IMG/VR virus record: IMGVR_UViG_3300009159_008491 | Span: 29,820 to 93,819 of that record | Source of the DNA: a virus | DNA: 64,000 nucleotides | Strand: one strand, 5' to 3' | Part shown: positions 29,549-38,767 of the stretch, piece by piece | How positions within the stretch are numbered: the first letter of the stretch is position 1 | How the letters are laid out: each line of letters opens with the position of its first letter | Notes under the pieces: generated by a model | The model's input: the letters and a program-made list of their open reading frames with translations, nothing else | Databases searched by the model: none | Told to the model about the DNA's origin: nothing | Program-made: the position numbers and the translations under genes

Positions 29549-29576
29549 AAAGCCCCGAAATTCCGGGGCTTTTTTT
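29549..29576. terminator. Bidirectional intrinsic terminator between convergent genes
   Basis: AAAGCCCCG-AAATTC-CGGGGCTTTTTTT. Confidence 0.85.
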
Positions 29577-30405
29577 ATTGATTTAAAACATGTTTTTTTC
29601 GATAATTATCCATTAACTCAAATAATATTTTTCTAGTTTGAGTGGTAAATTCACCTTTAGTCATAATCCAATCATAATATGATTTATCTTTTTCCAAAAC
29701 TGTAGTAACCGATTGCCCTTGATATTTCCCAAAACCAAATACCGGAATATTATCAGAATTTAATTTAATTGTCCCTGCAAAATCAACACTATCAAAGTCC
29801 TTTGTGAAATTAGCAAGAGATTCCATATTGTTTTGTATTGGTTCAGAAACCACTGTATCATCTTTATCTACACAATCCACACCTTTGTAGTAATCTAGCA
29901 TTGATTCTAGAACCTCTACGGTGGCTTTTACGTCATTTAAAGCATCATGGGCACCTTCTAGTGGCTTTTTACAATAAAATTCATATGCGGCCTTTAAATC
30001 ACGTCTTTCCATTCGGTGAAAGATCCTTTTGACATCAATACAGTTACGATTGGTCATGTCTAATTCAAAGTCAGCTCTCGAAAATTCCTCCATGAGCATG
30101 GGTATGTCAAATCGGTTTCCATTAAAAGTGCAGAAATCAGAGTCACCAATTAAATCAAAAAGTGATTTTGCAACACGATCAAAAGATGGTTGGTCTTTGA
30201 CCATTTCATCAGTTAAATGGTGAACATCACTTGCTGCTTTAGGGATAGGAATACCCGGATTTATTAATCTGGTTTTTACCAAATTTTCTCTTCCATCAGC
30301 AAAAATTTTAATAATCGCTAATTGTACAATACGATCATTTTTTACACTTAATCCAGTTGATTCAATGTCAAAACAGATTAAATCCTTTTCTAAATTTAAT
30401 TTCAT
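29575..30405 (-). CDS. DEDDh 3'-5' exonuclease (DNA Pol III epsilon-like, Bacteroidota type)
   Basis: FDIESTG, FNGNRFDIPML, AHDALND, FGFGKYQG. Confidence 0.9.
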   Translation of the reverse strand: MKLNLEKDLICFDIESTGLSVKNDRIVQLAIIKIFADGRENLVKTRLINPGIPIPKAASDVHHLTDEMVKDQPSFDRVAKSLFDLIGDSDFCTFNGNRFDIPMLMEEFSRADFELDMTNRNCIDVKRIFHRMERRDLKAAYEFYCKKPLEGAHDALNDVKATVEVLESMLDYYKGVDCVDKDDTVVSEPIQNNMESLANFTKDFDSVDFAGTIKLNSDNIPVFGFGKYQGQSVTTVLEKDKSYYDWIMTKGEFTTQTRKILFELMDNYRKKHVLNQ

Positions 30406-30425
30406 ATGTGCTTATTTTAATTAAG

Positions 30426-30433
30426 CAAATATA
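30426..30433 (-). promoter_or_regulatory. Bacteroidota-type -7 promoter element TATATTTG
   Basis: Matches TAnnTTTG, 20 nt upstream of the exonuclease ATG. Confidence 0.5.
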
Positions 30434-30443
30434 ATAAAAAAAA

Positions 30444-30845
30444 TTAAATTTCGGTTATTTCAAATTCATCTAAACCACAACCTTCTCCATCTTCACCAAA
30501 ATCTCCTGTTTTTTCATCGGTTAACCAACCCCTAAATACAGCAGAATATCCATTTTTGTCATCTCCATCAGGATAAGATTCTAAATAAGCCTCTGTACCT
30601 TGATCAAACCACTCATCTGGTTTGGTTATAAATCTATAGTTTTGTTTATAAATTTTATAACTATAATTGTTATCTGGTTTAAAATAATCAATAAATCTAT
30701 CTTCAAAAATACTGAACCATTTATTATTTATTATTATAAAATGATCATAAGATGATCTTCCTTCATATGATAAATAAATTATATCATTATTTTTAAGGTC
30801 TTCAATTTTTATTTCTTGCCAGAATGGTTTATTGAATCTACTCAT
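30444..30845 (-). CDS. Hypothetical protein
   Basis: 133-aa ORF coupled to the topA stop. Confidence 0.65.
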   Translation of the reverse strand: MSRFNKPFWQEIKIEDLKNNDIIYLSYEGRSSYDHFIIINNKWFSIFEDRFIDYFKPDNNYSYKIYKQNYRFITKPDEWFDQGTEAYLESYPDGDDKNGYSAVFRGWLTDEKTGDFGEDGEGCGLDEFEITEI

Positions 30846-33172
30846 TTTTTCTTAGCGTATTTTTTGGGTTTAGCTGAACTTTTACCTTCTCCGATTATGT
30901 CTTCACAATCTTTTTTGGTAATAGTTTCTATATCATAAATAGCCGGAATCTTATAATTTTTATTCTTGAATTTAATATATGGTCCATATTGACCACTTAA
31001 TACTTTAATTTCACCGAATTCTTTTGTAGATCCCGATTTTTCATTGCTTGAATTTTCTTTTATTAATTCTGTAGCTTCCTTTAGAGTTATTTTTTCAGGA
31101 TCATATTCCGTATTCGATAATCCAACAAATTTACCATCATATTTGATATATGGTCCAAATTTACCAATTGCTACCAGTACAGGTTTTGATTTATATTCTC
31201 CTAGATTTCTAGGCCATTTTAAAAGTTCTAAAGCCTCTTCGAGATTTATGCCACCAACTTCTTTATCTTTAGGGATAGATGCATATTTTAAATCTTCATC
31301 TCCTTTTTCACCTAATTGTACCATTGGCCCAAATCTTCCAAAACGAGCATAAATATTTTTCTTGGTAGATTTATCAACACCAATTAATCTTTCGTTTGAT
31401 GTTCCGGTTTCACCAAGAGCAGATTTAACTTTCTTATCAAAAGGAGAATAAAAATCTTTTAACATTGTTTTCCATTCTTTACTGCCTTCTGAAATTTCAT
31501 CTAATTGATTTTCTATTCCAGCAGTAAATTTATAATCCATGATATCTGGAAAATTTTCTGTAAGATAATCACAAACTACAATACCAATTTCTGTAGGTAT
31601 CATCTTAGCTTTTTCTGTACCAAATTTTTCATCTAGTTCAGTAGTAGATAAATTATCATTTTTTAATGAAAGGTTTTTTACTTTTCTAGATTTTGCTGGT
31701 AAATCTTTTTTCTCAACATATTCTCTTTTTTGAATAGTTGATAAAATTGAAGCATAGGTAGAAGGTCTTCCTATTCCAAGTTCTTCTAGTCTCTTTACTA
31801 AAGACGCTTCATTATATCTAGCTGATGGTTTTGAATAGATTTCTAAACCTTCAATTTGTTCGTAATTAAGAATTTGACCTTTCTCCATTTTTGGTAAAGT
31901 GCCATTGTCATCTTGATCTTCTTGATTTTCTTCCTCTTCAACATCATCATTATTATAAACCTTTAAGAAACCATCGAATGTAATCACTTCTCCTTTGGCA
32001 ACAAATAATTCTTTTTTTCCAGTATTAGAACTTTCAATTTCAATAGTGGTTTTATCAAGTAATGCATCCGACATTTGAGAGGCTACTGCTCTTTTCCAAA
32101 TTAAACTATAAAGTTTCATTTCATCTTGACCAGAAACTACTTCTTCATGTTCAAAATGAGTTGGTCTTATTGCTTCATGGGCTTCTTGAGCACTGGCGTT
32201 TTTATTTTTAAATTTTTTCGGATTTGAAAATTTATTACCATACTTCTCAACTATAAATTGAGTTGCTGTTTGAACAGATTCTTCTGATAAATTTACACTG
32301 TCAGTACGATGGTAAGATATATGACCTTGCTCGTAAAGATTTTGAGCAGTTCTCATAGTTCTATCCACACTGAATCCAAATTTTTTTGATGCTTCTTGTT
32401 GTAATCCTGAAGTTGTAAATGGAGCAGGTGAACTTCTTTTTCCCGGTTTAGTTTCAATTAAACTAACACTAAATTCTGAACCAATTAATTTGCTTAAAAA
32501 CTTTTCTGTTTCCTCATAGTTTTTAAATCTTTTATTTAATACGGCTTTTATTTTTTGTTTTTTACCACCTTTATCAATTGAGAAAATTGCAACAACTTTG
32601 TAATCAGAAGTTGAATCAAAAGACTTGTGTTCTTTTTCTCTTTCAACAAGAATTCTTAAAGCAACACTTTGAACTCTTCCTGCAGATAAACCTAATTTGA
32701 TTTTTTTCCAAAGCAATAGAGAAAGATCAAATCCTACTAAACGATCTAATACCCTTCTTGCTTGTTGGGCATTAACCATATTCATATTAAGTGTTGTAGG
32801 ATTATTTATTGCATCCTTAAGAGCTTTTTCAGTAATCTCTTTAAAAATAATTCTTTTTGTTTTTTTGATGTTTAAACCAAGTACTTCTGCAACGTGCCAA
32901 GAGATTGCTTCACCTTCCAAATCGTAGTCACCAGCAAGAATTACTTCATCACATTTTTTTGCTAACTCTTTTAGTTCTTTTACTACATCTTTTTTATCAG
33001 ATGAAATTTGGTATGAAGGTTCAAAATCATTTTTTTTATCAATACCTTCTTTTCCTTTTTTTAATTCACGAATATGTCCAACACTTGCTTTTACAACATA
33101 ATCTTTTCCTAGGAAAGATTGAATTTTTTTAATCTTTCCGGGACTTTCACATATAACTAATTTTTTACCCAT
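30842..33172 (-). CDS. topA: DNA topoisomerase I (type IA) with C-terminal Topo_C repeats
   Basis: LVICESPGK, ASVGH, DYDLEGE, SAGRVQS, ISYHRTD (catalytic Tyr), GIGRPSTYA, GRFGP/GKFGPY repeats. Confidence 0.95.
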   Translation of the reverse strand: MGKKLVICESPGKIKKIQSFLGKDYVVKASVGHIRELKKGKEGIDKKNDFEPSYQISSDKKDVVKELKELAKKCDEVILAGDYDLEGEAISWHVAEVLGLNIKKTKRIIFKEITEKALKDAINNPTTLNMNMVNAQQARRVLDRLVGFDLSLLLWKKIKLGLSAGRVQSVALRILVEREKEHKSFDSTSDYKVVAIFSIDKGGKKQKIKAVLNKRFKNYEETEKFLSKLIGSEFSVSLIETKPGKRSSPAPFTTSGLQQEASKKFGFSVDRTMRTAQNLYEQGHISYHRTDSVNLSEESVQTATQFIVEKYGNKFSNPKKFKNKNASAQEAHEAIRPTHFEHEEVVSGQDEMKLYSLIWKRAVASQMSDALLDKTTIEIESSNTGKKELFVAKGEVITFDGFLKVYNNDDVEEEENQEDQDDNGTLPKMEKGQILNYEQIEGLEIYSKPSARYNEASLVKRLEELGIGRPSTYASILSTIQKREYVEKKDLPAKSRKVKNLSLKNDNLSTTELDEKFGTEKAKMIPTEIGIVVCDYLTENFPDIMDYKFTAGIENQLDEISEGSKEWKTMLKDFYSPFDKKVKSALGETGTSNERLIGVDKSTKKNIYARFGRFGPMVQLGEKGDEDLKYASIPKDKEVGGINLEEALELLKWPRNLGEYKSKPVLVAIGKFGPYIKYDGKFVGLSNTEYDPEKITLKEATELIKENSSNEKSGSTKEFGEIKVLSGQYGPYIKFKNKNYKIPAIYDIETITKKDCEDIIGEGKSSAKPKKYAKKK

Positions 33173-33173
33173 A

Positions 33174-33545
33174 TTATTTTAATTTTTTTGGTCTTCCTCT
33201 TTTTTTCTGAGGTAATACATTTTTTTCTGAAATTGAATCTATAATAATTATTTTTTTATTTTCTTCTAATTTAGAAGGAATATCAAACCAAGTTTCTTTC
33301 AAATCCTTAATATGTTCCTCTAATTTCTTTTTGGTCCATATGTAATTTTTTACAATAGTAATTGTGCCTTGATCTTCGGTTATCCAAAATATTTTTTTTA
33401 TATTATTGTTTTCGTTTAATTCAACATTATAAAAAGGGCCTTCCTTGTAATTCATTCTTACAGAAGTTCCTTTGTCAATTATCGTCCCATCATTTAATTT
33501 GATGTTCTCAATAAGTTTCATATAAGTTATTTTAATATTTGTCAT
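33174..33545 (-). CDS. Hypothetical protein with a C-terminal AT-hook
   Basis: C-terminal KKRGRPKK. Confidence 0.6.
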   Translation of the reverse strand: MTNIKITYMKLIENIKLNDGTIIDKGTSVRMNYKEGPFYNVELNENNNIKKIFWITEDQGTITIVKNYIWTKKKLEEHIKDLKETWFDIPSKLEENKKIIIIDSISEKNVLPQKKRGRPKKLK

Positions 33546-33549
33546 ATTT

Positions 33550-34416
33550 TTAAATGTGTTGACGTAATACTTTACTGTTTTTGTTGCACTTTAAAATTCT
33601 AATGGTCATATCTTTAATTTGACGAACACGTTCTCTGGTTAAATCAAGATAATCTCCAATTTCCTCTAAAGTCATAGTTTGATAACCAAGTATACCATAA
33701 TACATGCAAATAATTACACGCTGTCTAGGTTGAAGACTCTTTAAAATTTTTTCAAGATCCTTAGAAAAAGATTCTTTTATTAAAAATTCATCCGGAGATT
33801 TTGTTTCTTTGTTAACAATACAATCACTTAAAAAAACATCGTCACTATCTGAGGAAACAGGGCTATCAAGAGATGCTACTCTTCCAGTGTTGCTTAGCAT
33901 TGTATCTCTAACTTTAATTTCACTCTCTTCTAAAACTTGAGCAAGTTCTTCTTCTGTAGGTTCTCTTTCAAGTTTTATTTCAAGTTTTTGAATAGTTTTA
34001 TTTAGTTTGTTTATTGCTAAATTTTGATTGTTCGGCAATCTTATTAATTTTCCATTATCAGAAATTGATTGCATAATAGATTGACGTATCCACCACACAG
34101 CATAAGATATAAATTTAAAACCTCTGGAATTATCAAATCTTTCCGCAGCTTTTATTAATCCTACATTTCCGTCTGAAATTAAATCTTCTAAACTTAAACC
34201 TTGGTTTTGAAATTGCTTTGCCACTGAAACAACAAAACGGAGATTAGCTTTCACTATATCATTTAGTGCTGCTTTATCTCCGTTTGCTACTCCTTGTAAA
34301 AGATTGTGTTCTTCCTCTTCTGTTAATAGTTTTATTTTTGAAACTTCTGAGAAATAATAATCTAAAGATTTACTTTCTCGCTTGGTGATTGATTTTGTTA
34401 TTTTTAGTTGCCTCAT
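33550..34416 (-). CDS. rpoD: Bacteroidota-type primary sigma-70 factor homologue (copy B)
   Basis: MRQLKITKSITKRE, ANLRFVVSVAKQFQNQGL, GFKFISYAVWWIRQSI, LTRERVRQIK. Confidence 0.9.
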   Translation of the reverse strand: MRQLKITKSITKRESKSLDYYFSEVSKIKLLTEEEEHNLLQGVANGDKAALNDIVKANLRFVVSVAKQFQNQGLSLEDLISDGNVGLIKAAERFDNSRGFKFISYAVWWIRQSIMQSISDNGKLIRLPNNQNLAINKLNKTIQKLEIKLEREPTEEELAQVLEESEIKVRDTMLSNTGRVASLDSPVSSDSDDVFLSDCIVNKETKSPDEFLIKESFSKDLEKILKSLQPRQRVIICMYYGILGYQTMTLEEIGDYLDLTRERVRQIKDMTIRILKCNKNSKVLRQHI

Positions 34417-34448
34417 AGTGTGTGATTGCTTTAATTAAAAGTAATTCA

Positions 34449-34479
34449 CAAATATAATAAACAACCGTCATAAAGACAA
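34449..34479 (-). promoter_or_regulatory. Bacteroidota sigma-A-type promoter (TTG-N20-TATATTTG)
   Basis: Minus strand TTG-tctttatgacggttgtttat-TATATTTG upstream of sigma copy B. Confidence 0.6.
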
Positions 34480-34507
34480 CTAATTTTTTATAATTTTATA
34501 ATTTTTA

Positions 34508-35365
34508 TTAAAGTTCAATTTCTGATTTGAAATGTCTTTCCAAATAATGTCTTAATTTTTTTAAAGCTTTAATCTTTATCTGTCTTACACGTTCTCCGGA
34601 TAATTCTAATCTATATCCAACTTCACTGTAAGTCATTTCCCTGTTTTCTTTGTTTAAACCAAAAGAATACAATAAAACTTCTTTTTCCATGTGTCCTAAA
34701 CAAGAAAATGCTAATTTGAGTTGTATTTTTCTTGAATCATCAGAAATAAATTTTTCAATACCTGCATTTTTATCCTCAATAACATCTAAAAGAGTAGTTT
34801 CATTATCATTACTTATTTTAGAATCTAATGAAGTTGCACTGTTTCCGCTAACAAGAATGTTATATGTTTCATGGTCTATATTAAGTTCTTTACAAACTTC
34901 ATCAATAGAAAAATTACCATTATTTTCTTGGCTCTTTTTAGCTACTAAATGTTTTAATTCATGTTGTTGTTGAATTTTGTTCTGCGGCATTCTAACGGTT
35001 TTTGCATTTTTGCTCAACGCCTCTAAAATACATTGTCTAATCCAGCTTACTGCATAAGAAATAAATTTAAAACCTCTTGTTTCATCAAATCTTTGTGCTG
35101 CTTTAATTAAACCCATATTTCCTTCTGCAATTAATTCTTCTAATGGAAGGCCTCTGTTTTGATATTGTTTAGCAACAGAAATTACAAACCTTAAATTTGA
35201 TGTAACTAGCTCATTTTCAGCAATTTTATCGCCTTTTTTAATTCTTTGTGCTAGTTCAATTTCTTTAGCAGGATCAATCATTGGAATTGATTGAATTTCA
35301 TTGAAATACTTTTCAGAAATAAATGACCTTTCTGTAATTGTAGCAGTAATTTTTAGTTGTCTCAT
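34508..35365 (-). CDS. rpoD: Bacteroidota-type primary sigma-70 factor homologue (copy A, more divergent)
   Basis: MRQLKITATITER, SNLRFVISVAKQYQNRGL, FDETRGFKFISYAVSWIRQ, SGERVRQIK. Confidence 0.88.
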   Translation of the reverse strand: MRQLKITATITERSFISEKYFNEIQSIPMIDPAKEIELAQRIKKGDKIAENELVTSNLRFVISVAKQYQNRGLPLEELIAEGNMGLIKAAQRFDETRGFKFISYAVSWIRQCILEALSKNAKTVRMPQNKIQQQHELKHLVAKKSQENNGNFSIDEVCKELNIDHETYNILVSGNSATSLDSKISNDNETTLLDVIEDKNAGIEKFISDDSRKIQLKLAFSCLGHMEKEVLLYSFGLNKENREMTYSEVGYRLELSGERVRQIKIKALKKLRHYLERHFKSEIEL

Positions 35366-35442
35366 TTTAATCTATCTTATCAGGTTAATTAAAACGAAAT
35401 TATAAAAAAAAAGTTACATCCAATTATTTTTTATAATTATTT

Positions 35443-36270
35443 TTATTTTTTAGATTTAATTTCGTCCAAACGATCTCTAATTTTTGCACAAAATTCATAT
35501 TGTTCTTTTTCCTCAGCACTTAATTTAAGTGCCTCTAAAAACTCTATGTTATTGATATTCTGTATGTTTTTTTCAGAAAGTCCATCATAAAAAGTGAAAC
35601 CAGAGCTTTTAAAGTAACTATAATCAGTATTAAAATTATCAATTATTAGAAAAGGTGGGGGGGTAATGTTTTCCAAAATGTTATTGATGTATTTATCTTG
35701 TTCTTCAGTATTTAATTTAGAAAATTTTTCAAATTCTTCTTTTTCTTTTTTTAACTGATCTTGGGTCTTTTTATGAAATTCAGTACACAGATCATCAATT
35801 TCTTTTGGTAAATTTTTATAATCAAGTTTAATTAAAATAAGATTATTTCTGTTTTTAAAATCTAAATCTCTAATATGATTTACGCTTTTTTTGTTTGTAC
35901 CAACTAGATAACATCCAACTACTTCATTTAATAAGCCTAATTTTTTAAAACAAGAAGGTTCATTAACTTTTTTTTCTTGAATGTATTTTTCAATTTTTTC
36001 CTTTTCTTCAATTAATTTATCTAAATCAATTGAATTATTTTTTTTTGAATTTTTATCAAAAATATTTTTAAAATTAAATTTTTTTTTAAAAATGTTTTCG
36101 TATTCTATAACAAAAAAATAATTTAACTTAGAAGCATCTTTTGTTCTCTTAATTGAATTGTGCTTATCAATATTTGTATCTTCTTTAAATTTATCAAAAA
36201 TCGATAATACTTTTTTATATTGTGGTAATTGCATTACTCTTTTAAAAGTAATTTTTTTAATCAACTTCAT
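35443..36270 (-). CDS. Hypothetical protein with a C-terminal UVR (UvrB/C) coiled-coil motif
   Basis: LEALKLSAEEKEQYEFCAKIRDRLDEI. Confidence 0.65.
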   Translation of the reverse strand: MKLIKKITFKRVMQLPQYKKVLSIFDKFKEDTNIDKHNSIKRTKDASKLNYFFVIEYENIFKKKFNFKNIFDKNSKKNNSIDLDKLIEEKEKIEKYIQEKKVNEPSCFKKLGLLNEVVGCYLVGTNKKSVNHIRDLDFKNRNNLILIKLDYKNLPKEIDDLCTEFHKKTQDQLKKEKEEFEKFSKLNTEEQDKYINNILENITPPPFLIIDNFNTDYSYFKSSGFTFYDGLSEKNIQNINNIEFLEALKLSAEEKEQYEFCAKIRDRLDEIKSKK

Positions 36271-36288
36271 AAAATAAAAAAATTTAAA

Positions 36289-36582
36289 TTAACTATTCCA
36301 TTCTAACTGACCGAAAAATTCTCTTATAGTATTAAAAGCTTCTTCATTGTCAATATTCAAAAATGCACTTTGTACTTGGCCAGTTTTTGGATTTATACCA
36401 CTGAAAGTAAAAGACAAATATCTCATTGAAACATTTTTCTCTCTGAATTGAACTAAATCAATTTCAAGTTGACCATCATTCTGATTTCCTATACATAAGT
36501 AAGTTGATGGAGAATTATCATAATTATTAGAGTTTTCATTATTTAAATCATCACTCATAAATTTAGTATCTTTATCTATCAT
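36289..36582 (-). CDS. Hypothetical protein
   Basis: 97-aa ORF. Confidence 0.6.
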   Translation of the reverse strand: MIDKDTKFMSDDLNNENSNNYDNSPSTYLCIGNQNDGQLEIDLVQFREKNVSMRYLSFTFSGINPKTGQVQSAFLNIDNEEAFNTIREFFGQLEWNS

Positions 36583-36623
36583 TTTTTTATTTTAAATTTA
36601 GTAAAATAAAAAAAGAAAGTAAA

Positions 36624-36848
36624 TCAATATTCTGAATCAAAATCTTGGCCTTGATGCATAATTCCTATGCTAATTTTATGAGCCAGTTCTTTTATCTTAA
36701 TTAATTTTTTCCTTGATCTTCTACCTGCTTTTCTATTTCTTGTTGGTCCAATAAATTTATAAATATCTTGTTCGGCTTGTTGAATCAAAAATTTTAATTT
36801 CTGAAAGTTTTCATCAATATGATGATCGTCATTGAAATCAGGTATCAT
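36624..36848 (-). CDS. Hc1/histone H1-like small basic nucleoid protein
   Basis: FQKLKFLIQQAEQDIYKF...NRKAGRRSRKKLIKIKELAHKI resembles the Bacteroidota/Chlamydia Hc1 pattern GNKAAGTRxRK. Confidence 0.55.
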   Translation of the reverse strand: MIPDFNDDHHIDENFQKLKFLIQQAEQDIYKFIGPTRNRKAGRRSRKKLIKIKELAHKISIGIMHQGQDFDSEY

Positions 36849-36857
36849 AATAATTTT

Positions 36858-38708
36858 TTATTCAGAAGCATTATCGTTAGATTGATCTTTTATTTTATCT
36901 AAATAAGAATCAATACTCTTCATCATTTTTCTAGTTTGAATATCAAACTTTCTATTCTCAACAATTAATTTATTCTCAGCTAATGGAGCTGCTTCTGCGC
37001 CTGCTTCTACTCCACCTGCCTCTGCTCCACCTGCTTCAGTTCCACCTAATTCAGTTCCACCTAATTCTGGACCAGCAGTTTCACCACCTCCACCTAAGCC
37101 ACCTAATACACTAGAACCTCCAAATCCACCTCCTCCACTTTCTTCTCCTCCACCTGCTTCAGATCCAGATTCTCCTCCGCCTGTACTTTCACCAGCATCA
37201 AAATCAGATTTTCTAAATTTCTCATCCAATTCTTTAAATATACCTGTATCCATATATTCATCATTTGCTCTTTCAATTTCAGAAAACATTTTCTTTTCAA
37301 CTTTCTTTTGTCTAAGAATTTGTTTAATTTCTGATTTAGAAAAACCAAGAATATATTCCATTGCCCAAGAATAAGAAACAGGTGCAGTTGCATCTGCAGA
37401 AAATAATTCTTTGAAAACTTCCATTCTTGCTTTCCAAGTTTCTAATTTTAATAATTCTAACTGAGTAGATGGATTTGTTAATGTTAAAGTGAAATTATCT
37501 AAGTCATCTTCAAATCCTAAGAAATATAAATGAACGTTTGCTATCCTTCTTAATTCAAGAATTATTTGTTCTTGAATTCTATTAATAGTTCTTGCAAATC
37601 TTAAATCAACCTGAGAAAGTGTTGAACCTCCCGGCATTGATTCAGAATAGTTTAAATAAGTCTTAGGAACTTTTATTGCTGCAAATAATTTATTTTGTAA
37701 GTATTCTATATCTGCTATAGCATCTAAGTTGCTTGCTCCGGGTAAAGTTTCAATTTTTGAACTCTTATCTCCTCTTATTGGCAAGAAATAATCTTCTTCA
37801 TAAGTGATAGGATTATATTTTAAATTTACTTGACCACTATTCGGATCAACTACAGGAGATTTCTTTACATTCTTTTTAACCTGTTCAATTAATTGAAAAA
37901 CATCATTTGGATCAGTATTACCAACTTCAATATAAAAAATTCTTCTTTCTGGAGCTCTTGATAAACGGTAAACTAACATAGCATCTTCTGCTAATTGTAA
38001 TTGTTTCCAAAGTTTTCTTGCTGGATCTAATAAACTTCTACCATATGGCAATCTCGATGCATCAAATAACAAGCAAAAGTGTGCAACTTGCCATTCTTCA
38101 AAAAACATATTATTAATATCCCATTTATATCTTGTTGATTTTGGATTACCATCATAACCAACTTCTTTGTGAAGTTCTCCTACTGGTAAAATCATACAAT
38201 CATAAATACCTTCATCTTGATCAATTTCTAATTTCAAGAAACAGTCACCGTATTTACACAATTCTCTTGTCCAAAAACCTAAGTTAAATTCCGCATTTAA
38301 AGTGTTGTAAAACAACTCTTGAAGTATTTTTTTAATTCTTAAATTATCAGAATATATCGTAATTACATGACCTCTTTCATTTCTAGTACAAACTTCATCT
38401 GAAATAATATCTAAAGCTGCAGCAATTTCCGGAGATAAATCCATTGAACGGAAATCGTTATAAGCTGTAATTCTATCAGAATCGTAAAATAATGTTCTAG
38501 AATATAAATCTTGAGCAATTTTTACAGATTGTATATCAAGATATTGTTGTTGTTTCTGCTGAATAAAATTAATATCAGAAGATTGAGTGGGTGGCGTACC
38601 CATTAAAACATCTTTAGATTGCTCAGCGGATTTTGCAGGATCTTTACGGCCTCGTAAAGCTCTCATTACGCCATAAAATACACTTTTTGGTTGAAATTCG
38701 TTTGCCAT
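36858..38708 (-). CDS. Portal protein (T4 gp20-like)
   Basis: LAEDAMLVYRLSRAPERRIFYIEVGN, EEDYFLPIRG, IETLPG, DIEYLQNKLFAAIKVP. Confidence 0.92.
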   Translation of the reverse strand: MANEFQPKSVFYGVMRALRGRKDPAKSAEQSKDVLMGTPPTQSSDINFIQQKQQQYLDIQSVKIAQDLYSRTLFYDSDRITAYNDFRSMDLSPEIAAALDIISDEVCTRNERGHVITIYSDNLRIKKILQELFYNTLNAEFNLGFWTRELCKYGDCFLKLEIDQDEGIYDCMILPVGELHKEVGYDGNPKSTRYKWDINNMFFEEWQVAHFCLLFDASRLPYGRSLLDPARKLWKQLQLAEDAMLVYRLSRAPERRIFYIEVGNTDPNDVFQLIEQVKKNVKKSPVVDPNSGQVNLKYNPITYEEDYFLPIRGDKSSKIETLPGASNLDAIADIEYLQNKLFAAIKVPKTYLNYSESMPGGSTLSQVDLRFARTINRIQEQIILELRRIANVHLYFLGFEDDLDNFTLTLTNPSTQLELLKLETWKARMEVFKELFSADATAPVSYSWAMEYILGFSKSEIKQILRQKKVEKKMFSEIERANDEYMDTGIFKELDEKFRKSDFDAGESTGGGESGSEAGGGEESGGGGFGGSSVLGGLGGGGETAGPELGGTELGGTEAGGAEAGGVEAGAEAAPLAENKLIVENRKFDIQTRKMMKSIDSYLDKIKDQSNDNASE

Positions 38709-38767
38709 ATTAGTAAATATCTCCTAAATTAATTAATTTGACTGATAAAACATATAATAATTATTGT

